Assembly (NCBI GenBank): GCA_023428025.1
Contig: JAEYZN010000021.1
Coordinates: forward strand, 108,085-172,084
DNA: 64,000 nt
From: Bacillota bacterium
GTDB lineage: Bacteria; Bacillota; Clostridia; Christensenellales; SZUA-584
Direction: 5' to 3'
This document shows, in pieces, positions 37,368-46,828 of the stretch (position 1 is the stretch's first letter; each line of letters starts with the position of its first letter). A program made the translations under genes and the position numbers. The notes below the pieces were generated by a model that had not been told where the DNA came from, searched no databases, and saw only the letters and a list, made by a program, of their open reading frames with translations.

Positions 37368-37877
37368 TTATCGATTGGCCAGCAGGGCCGCGTCGGCAAT
37401 CCGCCTGACAGGATAGTAAAGCGCCAACGCGCCGGCAACGCCCGCCGCCCATTGTATCAGGTTGAATACCACCGTACCGGCTGCATATGTCCAGCCGAAG
37501 AATATCCATTCGAATACGCCATATCCCGCCACCATGATGGCGCCGCCCAGTATGGCTACCAGTGTAAACCGGCCGAATCCCGCCTTTTTCATCAGCAGTG
37601 CGCAAACGAGGCCCATCAATCCTTTTATGATCAGTGTGGCCGGCGCATAAACGGGAAATCCCAGCGTCAGGTCGGCCAAAGCGCTGCCGATACCGGCGGC
37701 TGCGGCCGCCCAGGGCGCGCCCACCAGCAGGCCGGCGCAGTAAATCACGCAATCACCGATGTTCATGTATGCGCCATTCGCATTGATCGGTATTTTTATC
37801 AGGTAGGTAAAAACAAAAATGAGTGCGGCCAGCATGCTTGTGACAACAAGTGTTTTGGTGTGATTCTGCTTAGTCAA
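37368..37877 (-). CDS. ECF transporter S (substrate-capture) component, substrate unknown
   Basis: About 169 aa with six hydrophobic helices and an S-component-like sequence. TTG start preceded by AAGAGGAGA. There are no adjacent ECF A or T genes. Confidence 0.65.
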   Translation of the reverse strand: MTKQNHTKTLVVTSMLAALIFVFTYLIKIPINANGAYMNIGDCVIYCAGLLVGAPWAAAAAGIGSALADLTLGFPVYAPATLIIKGLMGLVCALLMKKAGFGRFTLVAILGGAIMVAGYGVFEWIFFGWTYAAGTVVFNLIQWAAGVAGALALYYPVRRIADAALLANR

Positions 37878-37904
37878 CTCTCGTCTCCTCTTTTTCTTTT
37901 TTCC

Positions 37905-37933
37905 ATTGTAATATATTTGCTGACCTGACGCAA
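37905..37933 (-). promoter_or_regulatory. sigma-A promoter of the ECF S-component gene
   Basis: Minus strand: TTGCGT (37928-37933), a 17-nt spacer, then TACAAT (37905-37910). The predicted leader is only about 20 nt. Confidence 0.5.
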
Positions 37934-38015
37934 TTCCAAATTCTCTGATCTTAATCACGCCCAAGAGGCGCATTCATATACTGTATTATCATCATTATCT
38001 GACGGGGGCTTTCTT

Positions 38016-39851
38016 ATGTGCGGAATTGCAGGGATCGTGGACTTTGATAAAAACATGCTGGAAGAGAGCCGGACGCTGGCGGCCATGATGGATGCCATCG
38101 CGCATCGGGGGCCTGATTCGGCAGGCACGTTCCTGACGCATCAGGTGGCGCTGGGACACCGGCGGCTGACCGTCGTGGACCCTGCGGGCGGAAGCCAGCC
38201 GATGATTCGGAGCATCGGCTCCAATACATACACCATCATATATAATGGCGAACTCTATAACACGCCGGAACTGCGGCAGGCTCTCATCAAAAAAGGGCAT
38301 ACTTTCTTCTCACATTCGGATACCGAAGCACTGCTGTTATCCTATATCGAATGGGGTCCGTCCTGCGTGGAACGGCTGAACGGTATATTTGCCTTCGCGG
38401 TTTGGGATGAAAAGAAGCAGCGCGTTTTTCTCGCGCGGGACCGCATGGGCGTGAAGCCGCTGTTCATCGCGCGGGCCGGCCACACCCTGCTGTTCGCTTC
38501 CGAAATCAAGGCACTGCTGGCACATCCGGAAATACATCCCGTGCTGGACGAAAACGGCTTGCTCGAGCTGTTTGCCCTGGCCCCCGCGCGCACCGCGGGC
38601 AAAACACTGTTTTCAGGCATCGAAGAGCTGCGTCCCGGCGAGTGTATGATCTATTCGCCTCTCGGTACATATGTCCACCGTTACTGGCAGTTCGTCAGCG
38701 AGGAGCACACCGATAATCTGCATACCACCACGGAGAAGCTGCATTGGCTGGTAAGCGACTCCGCCAAGCGTCAGCTGGTGGCCGACGTGCCGGTCTGTAC
38801 GCTGCTTTCCGGCGGGCTGGATTCCAGCGCGCTTTCGGCCATCGCCGCGCAAGCTGCCGGGGAAAAGGATGGCATACTGCGCACCTTTTCCGTCGACTAT
38901 GCCGACAACGAGAAGTATTTTACCCGCAGCGTATTCCAGCCCAGCCCGGACCGGGATTATATCGACATCATGCGTCGGCACATCGGCAGCGACCACATCA
39001 CGGTAACGCTGGATACGCCCGAACTGATCTCATCTCTTCGCGACGCCATGATCGCGCGGGACCTGCCCGGCATGGCGGATGTGGATTCCAGCTTGTTGTT
39101 GTTCTGCCGACAGATCCGCGGATACGCCACGGTGGCGCTCTCAGGCGAATGCGCGGACGAGATATTCGGCGGATACCCCTGGTTTTACCGTGAGGACCTG
39201 CTGAACCTCGACATGTTCCCCTGGGCAAACTCGCTGGAGCTTCGCCGCAGCGTGATGTCCAAAGCGCTGTCCCGCCTGAATATTGAGGACTACGCCAAAA
39301 GCCGATATTTTGACACCGTGGATGAAACGCCGCTGCTGGGCAGTGAAAAGCCGCTCGAACGCCGGCGCCGCCAGATGTTCTATCTCAATATCAAGTGGTT
39401 CATGTCCAACCTGCTGGAGCGCAAGGACCGGATGAGCATGGCCTGCGGCCTTGAAGTGCGCGTGCCTTACTGTGACCATCGCCTTGCCGAATATGCGTGG
39501 AACATCCCGTGGGATATCAAAAATCTTGGCGGCATGGAGAAGGGCATACTGCGCCTGGCGGTAAAAGACCTGCTGCCGGAGGAAATCTACAACAGAAAAA
39601 AAAGCCCGTATCCCAAGACGCATAATCCTGAGTATACGAGGCTGGTTTCCGCCGCGCTCAAGGAGACGCTGGCCGACCCATCCGCGCCCATTCATGCGCT
39701 GGTCGACAAAGCGGTCATCGCAGAGATGCTCGACACCCTCAGCATCGTGACGCCGTGGTTCGGGCAGCTGATGACGGGGCCGCAGCTGTTCGCTTTTCTG
39801 CTTCAGCTCAATATGTGGCTGGAGGAATACAAGGTGAGCATACGCATTTAG
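38016..39851 (+). CDS. asnB: asparagine synthase (glutamine-hydrolysing)
   Basis: 611 aa with an N-terminal nucleophile Cys (MCGIAG) and PP-loop SGGLDSS. Confidence 0.9.
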   Translation: MCGIAGIVDFDKNMLEESRTLAAMMDAIAHRGPDSAGTFLTHQVALGHRRLTVVDPAGGSQPMIRSIGSNTYTIIYNGELYNTPELRQALIKKGHTFFSHSDTEALLLSYIEWGPSCVERLNGIFAFAVWDEKKQRVFLARDRMGVKPLFIARAGHTLLFASEIKALLAHPEIHPVLDENGLLELFALAPARTAGKTLFSGIEELRPGECMIYSPLGTYVHRYWQFVSEEHTDNLHTTTEKLHWLVSDSAKRQLVADVPVCTLLSGGLDSSALSAIAAQAAGEKDGILRTFSVDYADNEKYFTRSVFQPSPDRDYIDIMRRHIGSDHITVTLDTPELISSLRDAMIARDLPGMADVDSSLLLFCRQIRGYATVALSGECADEIFGGYPWFYREDLLNLDMFPWANSLELRRSVMSKALSRLNIEDYAKSRYFDTVDETPLLGSEKPLERRRRQMFYLNIKWFMSNLLERKDRMSMACGLEVRVPYCDHRLAEYAWNIPWDIKNLGGMEKGILRLAVKDLLPEEIYNRKKSPYPKTHNPEYTRLVSAALKETLADPSAPIHALVDKAVIAEMLDTLSIVTPWFGQLMTGPQLFAFLLQLNMWLEEYKVSIRI

Positions 39852-41374
39852 GCGCTTTTGATGATGCCATAGTTCCTCAGGAACGGGTCTGACAGGCACA
39901 GGTAGCCCGCCAGCTTGTCTATCTGCTTGCCTTCCACGATAAACTGCACCTTATTGACGCCATCCATCGCCGTGATGGTGTTTACAATAGAATAGATCAG
40001 CAGCATTTCACTCTTGCTTGTCAGGCCAACGCAGGCATCTTTAAAACGCGCAGACAGGTTTACATAGGCGGTGTCGTTATATACGTCCACAGACAGTACA
40101 TCGTCCTCCGTCATGCCGGGCGGCATCACGGGCCAAACGTTGTCGCCATCCTCTTCCAGAGGTCCTTTCAGCACCTCAAGCACGCGCGCGCGGGCGCTCC
40201 AGGTTTTCCCCTGCTCCATGCTTCTTTTTACTTCGAGCAAAAGATCGGACGTTTTGTCGCCAAAATACACAGGTGCGCTGCTGCCGATGAAGCCAAAATA
40301 ATCGGCGCGCTCCATGCCGTCATAAAACCAGCCCTTATCATCCACAGTGATAACACGGTTGCCCGCAACAAAAATATCCACCGTTTTGATGTTGGGCACC
40401 AGACCGGTGATCGTATAAATCAACGCGGCATAGGAAACCAGCGCACCCGATGAGTCCGAGTATCCCACCTGCACAGGGCTTTTCTTAAAATAAAGCTCCA
40501 TGTTCCGCTTGCCTCCGCCCGCATCGTTCAAAACGGGCGATTGTGCAAGCTCAATGTCGGCAATGAGCGGGCTTCGCATGGATGCGGTATTGCGCGGGCC
40601 GTTTTTCAACTCCTGAATCAGCCCTTCAACGTATTGATCCTCCGTATATTTGACTGTCCTCACTTCAGGCAGAATGAAATCACCATCCGCCGCCACAAAA
40701 TACAGCACAGTCGCAATATCCGTTGTTTTGGGTTTCGCTTCCTCCTGGTCCTCTGCTGTCGGCGTCTTTTCTACAGTGTTGTTTATCTCAATGGCCGCCT
40801 TGTTTTCCGGAATATATAAGGAAGATGCACTTGTCCAGGCATCTTCGATATTGCCTATCTGCTTTTTAAGCGGCGGAAATGGGTAGCCGGCCAGTCCGGC
40901 CCGGATGCCGTTATAAAAAACACATACCGATACCGGGCCCAGTATATCCGTGACGGTGTTGGCGATGGCCTGTTCCAGGATGTATGCCTGCTTGGCCTGA
41001 ATCGGCTCTCCGTCATACTTCAGATATACGTTGGCGACATCCTTTGAAAACTCAAGGGAGTCAAGCGACATGCCTGCTGGCGCGACGCTGATCAGGCTGT
41101 TGTTGGAGGTCCCTTTCAGCAATTCCCCGACGGCCACCGTAGCGGGGTTTGTGTCCTGGTCTATCACCAGCGTTCTCAGCTCCGCCATCAGCGTATGGCT
41201 TGTATCATTCAGAAAATAGACTGCAGATTTCTCCACACGGCCATAGTATTCCAGCACGCTCAGGTCAAGCACGTTGGCGGGCACCTCTTCCCCAGTGTCA
41301 TGTCTGTCACGTATCACGCCGCAACCGGAGAACAGCAGGCATACGGCCATAACGAGACCTATCGTTTTCTTCAT
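39848..41374 (-). CDS. GerMN-domain lipoprotein (two GerMN-like modules)
   Basis: Signal peptide with lipobox (LLFSGC). The sequence resembles sporulation/germination GerM-type domains, recognised from memory. Start is at MKKTIGL. Confidence 0.65.
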   Translation of the reverse strand: MKKTIGLVMAVCLLFSGCGVIRDRHDTGEEVPANVLDLSVLEYYGRVEKSAVYFLNDTSHTLMAELRTLVIDQDTNPATVAVGELLKGTSNNSLISVAPAGMSLDSLEFSKDVANVYLKYDGEPIQAKQAYILEQAIANTVTDILGPVSVCVFYNGIRAGLAGYPFPPLKKQIGNIEDAWTSASSLYIPENKAAIEINNTVEKTPTAEDQEEAKPKTTDIATVLYFVAADGDFILPEVRTVKYTEDQYVEGLIQELKNGPRNTASMRSPLIADIELAQSPVLNDAGGGKRNMELYFKKSPVQVGYSDSSGALVSYAALIYTITGLVPNIKTVDIFVAGNRVITVDDKGWFYDGMERADYFGFIGSSAPVYFGDKTSDLLLEVKRSMEQGKTWSARARVLEVLKGPLEEDGDNVWPVMPPGMTEDDVLSVDVYNDTAYVNLSARFKDACVGLTSKSEMLLIYSIVNTITAMDGVNKVQFIVEGKQIDKLAGYLCLSDPFLRNYGIIKSA

Positions 41375-41384
41375 CTCAACCCTT

Positions 41385-42350
41385 CTAACCTGCATTGATC
41401 AGCACATCCACCAGTGACGTATAAGAAAACTTCCAAATATCTTCCTCACGCACGAGCACCACCGGAATATTTTCGCGGCTGATGAGATCACCCTCACGGG
41501 TCTTTATCGAGTAATCCAGCATCACGACTGCCTTCTGGCCGTCGCTCGATACGTTGTAATCCGTCACACTGTAGCTTGACAACACATTTCCTTTATCCGC
41601 CAGCGCCTCAGAAAATGTATCCATGTCCGGCTTCAGTGAACCATCCAAACTGGTATAGGCGGTAAAATTGTACAGCCTCGTCCAGTCCTTCTTTGCAAAG
41701 GAACCCAGCGCTTCAGCCAGCGTATTCTCCGGCGTCAATATCAAATCGCCCATACGGAACAGCGGGTCCAGATGGGCGTCGCTGTTCTCCCAGCCTGCTT
41801 CCTTTCGTGTGATCCGCTGAGCCGCGCCGGCAGCCTGCCGGTCTACATATATCTGTACGCGCGAATACGTCCCCATCTCAACGATCGTATTGACGATGGA
41901 ACTGATAGCCAACTGTTTCTGCTCCGCAACGGTCCCCTCTTCCAGCACCACCTTTTCGGGATCGGAGGATACGAACTCTTCGCTGAGCGTGATGAACACG
42001 ATGTCGGCGTTGCTGTCCACACCAACCAGCTTCACACCGTCCCAGAACAGGCCGGACAGCTCCGCTCTGTTGACGGTTGGCCCGGCAATCAGTGCGCGCA
42101 CCACCGCCGCCTCCAGAGAATCGTTGACAGGCACATCGATCGTCACCGTCTCGCCCGCCAGCAGGTTCTCGCCGCGATACGAGAAATACAGTGCGACGTT
42201 CGCCGTGTCCTTATTGGCGGCAACGGCGTTCGGGTTGATGTCCTGCAGGTTCTTGTCCACCGTCTTGACACTGTTGCTTGAACACCCGGCGGCCACCAGC
42301 ATGGTCATCAACAATAACCAGACTATCAGTTTCTTAATCGTCATACGCAT
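41385..42350 (-). CDS. GerMN-domain lipoprotein
   Basis: Signal peptide with lipobox (LVAAGC). An N-terminal GerMN-like domain (ALYFSY...LEAAVVRALIAGP) is followed by an unassigned C-terminal domain of about 130 aa. Confidence 0.6.
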   Translation of the reverse strand: MRMTIKKLIVWLLLMTMLVAAGCSSNSVKTVDKNLQDINPNAVAANKDTANVALYFSYRGENLLAGETVTIDVPVNDSLEAAVVRALIAGPTVNRAELSGLFWDGVKLVGVDSNADIVFITLSEEFVSSDPEKVVLEEGTVAEQKQLAISSIVNTIVEMGTYSRVQIYVDRQAAGAAQRITRKEAGWENSDAHLDPLFRMGDLILTPENTLAEALGSFAKKDWTRLYNFTAYTSLDGSLKPDMDTFSEALADKGNVLSSYSVTDYNVSSDGQKAVVMLDYSIKTREGDLISRENIPVVLVREEDIWKFSYTSLVDVLINAG

Positions 42351-42355
42351 TACCT

Positions 42356-43738
42356 CTATGACTTGATCGGCAGATACAGCGTAAACACGCTGCCCTTGCC
42401 CTCCTCGCTTTGCACATCGATGCTGCCGCCATGAAGCAGCGCGATCTTCTGCGCGATATGCAGCCCCAGGCCGCTGCCACCGGTGCCGCGCGCCCGCGCC
42501 TTGTCAACGCGGTAGAATCGGTCGAACAGATACGGGATATCCTTTTCCGGAATGCCGCTGCCATTATCTTTTATGGATATCGCCGCGTTCACGCCGGATT
42601 TCTGCAGCGTCACCTGAACGCTGCCACCGGAATCGGTATATTTGATGGCGTTTTCCACCAGGTTCATCACGGCCTGCATCACCTTTAAGGCGTCGCACTC
42701 TATCTCCAGATCGTTGTTCACCGTATAGCTGAGCGTGATGCCTTTGTCGTTCGCGATGGGCTTTAAGGCCGTAACGGATTTAAACACCAGCTCGCTGAGC
42801 AATATTTTATCCATATTGAGCGCCTGTGTTTCACTGTCGGTCTTGGCCAGCGTCAAAAGGCCGGAAATGACTTCGCTCAAACGGTCGATCTCCTTGTTGA
42901 TGTCACCCAGAAATTCTTTGTAAATCTTTTCATCCACGCCGTCCTGATACAGCAACGACTCAATCAGTATCTTCATGGAACTGAGCGGCGTCTTCAGCTC
43001 ATGCGACGCGTTGGAGACAAACTCGCTGCGCTTCTGGTCCATATTTTCGAGCTTCTCACTCATGGTGTTGAAGGTGTTTGCGAGTGCCGCCATCTCGTTT
43101 TTGCCGGACACTTTGATGCGCTGATGGAGGTTGCCGCGCGATATGGACAGCGCGACCTCTTTCAAATCGTTGATGGGCCGTGTGATATAGCTAGACAGGA
43201 TGATGCTGACAACCGCGAAAACGACCGAAGCGGCTATGGATATCAGTATAAGGATGTTGACAAAATCACGCGTGATGTCCACAACATCCTGAATATCGTT
43301 GGAAAAAAGCACAGCTCCGATCGTCTCAGAATTGTAGACCACCGCAGCCGTATAGTACACCGCATAGAACGGTTCGTCTGTTCCGTCATTGATCTCATGA
43401 AAACCGTAGCTGGCGTCCTCCGGCCCCAGTATCACATCGGATATTTCTTTATGGTCCAGCTTTTGACCGTTAAGCATGGAAAAGCTGTCCACCAGTACAA
43501 TACCGGATTTATTGAGAACCAAAAACCTGCCGCCGTATTTTTTTGAGCTTTCCTCCGCAAGCTGATACATTTTGAGCGAATTGGAACTGCTTAAGTACGG
43601 CGCCATGCTGACGGCTACACTGTTGGTGCTTTTAAGCTGGTCTCTTATGCGTATGTTGACCAGATAATCTTCCGCAAGATATGCGATCATGAGCGTCACG
43701 GACGCGAAAGCGACGACCGCCACGATCAGGTTGATCAA
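42356..43738 (-). CDS. sensor histidine kinase (2 TM, extracytoplasmic loop, HAMP, HisKA, HATPase_c)
   Basis: H-box SHELKTPL, G1 DNGSGIP, G2 GSGLGL. TTG start, with TM1 at the extreme N-terminus. Confidence 0.88.
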   Translation of the reverse strand: MINLIVAVVAFASVTLMIAYLAEDYLVNIRIRDQLKSTNSVAVSMAPYLSSSNSLKMYQLAEESSKKYGGRFLVLNKSGIVLVDSFSMLNGQKLDHKEISDVILGPEDASYGFHEINDGTDEPFYAVYYTAAVVYNSETIGAVLFSNDIQDVVDITRDFVNILILISIAASVVFAVVSIILSSYITRPINDLKEVALSISRGNLHQRIKVSGKNEMAALANTFNTMSEKLENMDQKRSEFVSNASHELKTPLSSMKILIESLLYQDGVDEKIYKEFLGDINKEIDRLSEVISGLLTLAKTDSETQALNMDKILLSELVFKSVTALKPIANDKGITLSYTVNNDLEIECDALKVMQAVMNLVENAIKYTDSGGSVQVTLQKSGVNAAISIKDNGSGIPEKDIPYLFDRFYRVDKARARGTGGSGLGLHIAQKIALLHGGSIDVQSEEGKGSVFTLYLPIKS

Positions 43739-43769
43739 TACAAACCGCCACCGAATTGAATACAGCAGG

Positions 43770-44459
43770 CTATTTATCCGAGAAATAGTATCCCACTCCC
43801 CATTTCGTCATTATAAATTCGGGTTTGGCCGGATTGTGCTCGACCTTCTCGCGCAGGCGGCGGATATGTACGTCCACCGTGCGCAGGTCGCCCAAGTATT
43901 CGTACTTCCAGATCAGCTCAAGCAATTTCTCCCTGTCATAGACCTTGCCCTTGTTGGTGATGAACAGCTGCAGCAGATCGAATTCCTTGGCGGTCAGCGC
44001 CACCTCGTTCCCGTCTATCTCCACGCTTCTGTTTTCCAGATTCACCGTCATGTTGCGGGCGCGCAGGATCTGCGGCTCACGCGCTTTTTCCGTTCCTTCC
44101 ATGCGGCGGAAGATCGTCTTGATGCGCGCTTTGAGTTCCAGCATGTTGAACGGCTTTGTCATATAATCATCCGCGCCGAATTCCAGGCCCATGATCTTAT
44201 CCATATCGTCGTCCTTGGCTGTCAGCATGATGATAGGCACGTTGGAGACGCTGCGTATGCGCTGGCAGACCTCCATGCCGTCTATTTTGGGCAGCATGAG
44301 ATCCAGCAATACCAGATCGTATTTACCGGCGGCGAACATATCCAGCGCCTGTTCCCCATCCAGCGCTTCGTCCACCGTGTAGCCGTCCTGCTGTTCCAGA
44401 TTAAAGCGGAGCCCTTTGATCAGACTGGGTTCATCGTCTACGATCAGTATTCTCTTCAT
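43770..44459 (-). CDS. OmpR/PhoB-family response regulator
   Basis: 229 aa with a receiver domain (ILIVDDE, LLDLMLP) and a winged-helix domain (TVDVHIRRLREK). Confidence 0.92.
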   Translation of the reverse strand: MKRILIVDDEPSLIKGLRFNLEQQDGYTVDEALDGEQALDMFAAGKYDLVLLDLMLPKIDGMEVCQRIRSVSNVPIIMLTAKDDDMDKIMGLEFGADDYMTKPFNMLELKARIKTIFRRMEGTEKAREPQILRARNMTVNLENRSVEIDGNEVALTAKEFDLLQLFITNKGKVYDREKLLELIWKYEYLGDLRTVDVHIRRLREKVEHNPAKPEFIMTKWGVGYYFSDK

Positions 44460-44491
44460 TCGCCAGTACTCCTTGTCTATGATGTTACCTA

Positions 44492-44500
44492 TTATACCAC
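44492..44500 (-). promoter_or_regulatory. extended -10 element upstream of the two-component operon
   Basis: Minus strand TGGTATAAT lies about 33 nt upstream of the response regulator ATG. The -35 region is poor (TTTTAT). Confidence 0.4.
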
Positions 44501-44690
44501 AATATACAAATTAATAAAATGAAAGTTATGTCAGCGGTTATGTACATAAACCTCTGCATGGTTTTGTAAATATCTCCGCTGGTTATAATATCAAAGCCAT
44601 ACACGTTTTAAAATACACCATTGCTCTCCTGTACTCTTTTCGTAGCGGCTGCTCCCCATAACTTTGATACGGTGTAACAAGCGACGCGTA

Positions 44691-46808
44691 TTATTGCCCC
44701 GTTCGTTTTCTGCCGCCCGTCCGTCCGCCGGTCGTACTCTTGGGCCTCGGTTTATGGGTATCGGCATTGCCGCTTTTCGCTGTCGTGCGGTTCCCCGAAG
44801 TACTGCGCGGCGCTTTAACCGCTTTGCTTGCAGCGTTCGGCTGCCGCTTACTGTCGGCACGCCCTTTCTCTTCGCTCCGGGGCTTCCTGTTCTCCCCCCG
44901 CTTGCCAGGCGTGGAAATTTTCTGCGTCTCATCGGACACATTTGACTTTCGTCTGTTTGCAGCACGCTGATTGTCTTCGCTTCGGGGTTTTATGCTCTCC
45001 CTCTGCCTGCCATACACATGAGGTTTCTGTCCGTCACCCGGCACCAGGCAGTCACGCCCCGGGCCGATCAGGTCTTCCTTGTCGGCCATTTTGAGCGCCT
45101 CACGGATGAGCGGCCAGTTGCGCCGCTGGTCAAACTGCAGCAGCGCGCGCTGCATCGCCTTTTCCTTCGCCGTTTTGGCCACGTACACCGGCTTGCCCGT
45201 CATCGGGTCGCGCTCGGTGTAATACATGCAGGTGGACACCGTCCCCGGCGTCGGATAAAAATCCTGCACCTGTTCGGGCACGAAGCCCTGCTTCTTCATC
45301 GTCAATGCCAGCTCGATGGCGTGGCTCAGCGTGCTGCCGGGATGGGACGAAATGTAGTATGGCAGGATATACTGAGGCTTGTCCGCGCGCTGGGTAACGG
45401 CGGCGAAGCGGTGCGCGAACCGTTCATACACGGCATACGGCGGCTTGTTCATCAGCCGCAGCACCTCGTCGCTCACATGCTCGGGCGCCACTTTAAGCTG
45501 TCCGCTCACGTGTTTTTTCACCAGCCTGTCAAAAAACCGGCCATCCTTGTCGGCCATGATGTAGTCGAACCGCAATCCGGAACGGATAAACACGCGCCGG
45601 ACGCCTTCCACGCGCTCCACGGCCTCCAGCAGCTCGCATAGCCCTTTATGGCTTATCTTGAGGTTGGGGCAGATCTTTGGCGTCAGGCAGCTGCGCGTGC
45701 ACGATTCTGAGTTTCTCGCGGTGCATATCGCGTCGTAGAAATTCGCGGTCGGTCCGCCGACATCCGAGATGATGCCTTTGAACTCCGGCATTTGGGCCAT
45801 CCGCCGCGCCTCTTCCACCACGGATTTCTTGGAACGCTTCTGTATCCGCTTGCCCTGGTGCGCGGATATCGAACAGAAGGCGCACTGGCCGGGGCAGCCG
45901 CGCACCGTGATGAGCCCGAACTGCACCTCGGACAGTGCCGGTATGGGCTCTTTGTAGGACGGATGCGCGCGCCGCACAAACGGCAGGCCGTATATCGCGT
46001 CCATCTCGGGCGTGGATAACGGCAGCGGGGGCGGAAACTGGATGAGGAACCGGTCTCCATGCGCCTGCGCCAGCGTTTTCCCGCGCGGTATGGTGTTCTG
46101 CTGGATGGTTCGGCACGCGTCCGCAAAATCCTTTCTGCTTTCGGCAACGCGCTCGAACGACGGCAGCACGATATGCTCGCCCGCATCCGACGCGGACGCG
46201 CGCAGCACGCAGGTGCCGCGCACGCCCAGCATATCGCGGATCGACTCTCCGTTTTTCAGGCGCGAGCAGACCTCGGCAAGCGGCATTTCGCCCATGCCGT
46301 ACACCAGCATGTCCGCCTTGGAATCCACCAGATACGAGCGCCGGACCTTATCCTCATAATAATCGTAATGGGCAAAACGGCGGTTGGACGCTTCCACACC
46401 GCCGATGATGACGGGAATATCTTTGAACGCCTGTTTGAGCCTCGCCGTATACGCGATGGTGGGGCGGGCAGGCCGGCGCCCCGCCTTGCCGCCCGGGGAA
46501 TACGCGTCGTCGCTGCGTTTGCGTTTTGCCGCGGTATACATGTTGACGATACCGTCAATGTTGCCGCCACTCAGCAGAAACGCATAGCGGGGTGCGCCCA
46601 GCTTTAAAAAATCATCAGCGGATTCCCAGTCCGGCTGGGCGATGACACCGACGCTGTAGCCCAAACTCTCCACAAAACGGCCAACGATGGCCGCTGCGAA
46701 TGACGGATGATCCACATACGCGTCGGGCGTCACCACAATGTAATCGAGCTGGTCGATGCTTCGAGCCGACATCTCTTCGCGGGACATCGACAAAAAATCA
46801 TTATTCAT
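44691..46808 (-). CDS. ygiQ: YgiQ-family (UPF0313) radical SAM protein with a basic C-terminal tail
   Basis: 705 aa with radical SAM cluster motif CPGQCAFC and a YgiQ-like N-terminus (DYIVVTPDAYVDHPSF). The last ~120 aa are Lys/Arg/Ser/Gly-rich low complexity. Confidence 0.85.
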   Translation of the reverse strand: MNNDFLSMSREEMSARSIDQLDYIVVTPDAYVDHPSFAAAIVGRFVESLGYSVGVIAQPDWESADDFLKLGAPRYAFLLSGGNIDGIVNMYTAAKRKRSDDAYSPGGKAGRRPARPTIAYTARLKQAFKDIPVIIGGVEASNRRFAHYDYYEDKVRRSYLVDSKADMLVYGMGEMPLAEVCSRLKNGESIRDMLGVRGTCVLRASASDAGEHIVLPSFERVAESRKDFADACRTIQQNTIPRGKTLAQAHGDRFLIQFPPPLPLSTPEMDAIYGLPFVRRAHPSYKEPIPALSEVQFGLITVRGCPGQCAFCSISAHQGKRIQKRSKKSVVEEARRMAQMPEFKGIISDVGGPTANFYDAICTARNSESCTRSCLTPKICPNLKISHKGLCELLEAVERVEGVRRVFIRSGLRFDYIMADKDGRFFDRLVKKHVSGQLKVAPEHVSDEVLRLMNKPPYAVYERFAHRFAAVTQRADKPQYILPYYISSHPGSTLSHAIELALTMKKQGFVPEQVQDFYPTPGTVSTCMYYTERDPMTGKPVYVAKTAKEKAMQRALLQFDQRRNWPLIREALKMADKEDLIGPGRDCLVPGDGQKPHVYGRQRESIKPRSEDNQRAANRRKSNVSDETQKISTPGKRGENRKPRSEEKGRADSKRQPNAASKAVKAPRSTSGNRTTAKSGNADTHKPRPKSTTGGRTGGRKRTGQ

Positions 46809-46828
46809 GATGTGAGTATATCATCTGT

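Noticed and set aside
43739-43800. Suspicion that the histidine kinase is 5'-truncated or frameshifted. The frame stays open upstream (…SIRWRFV-LINLIV…) without any ATG, GTG or TTG.
   Set aside because: The TTG at 43738 is preceded by a GGTGG SD-like element and yields a protein whose first 20 residues already form TM1. No stop or frame disruption is needed to explain the data. A rare CTG or ATT start cannot be excluded but is not required.
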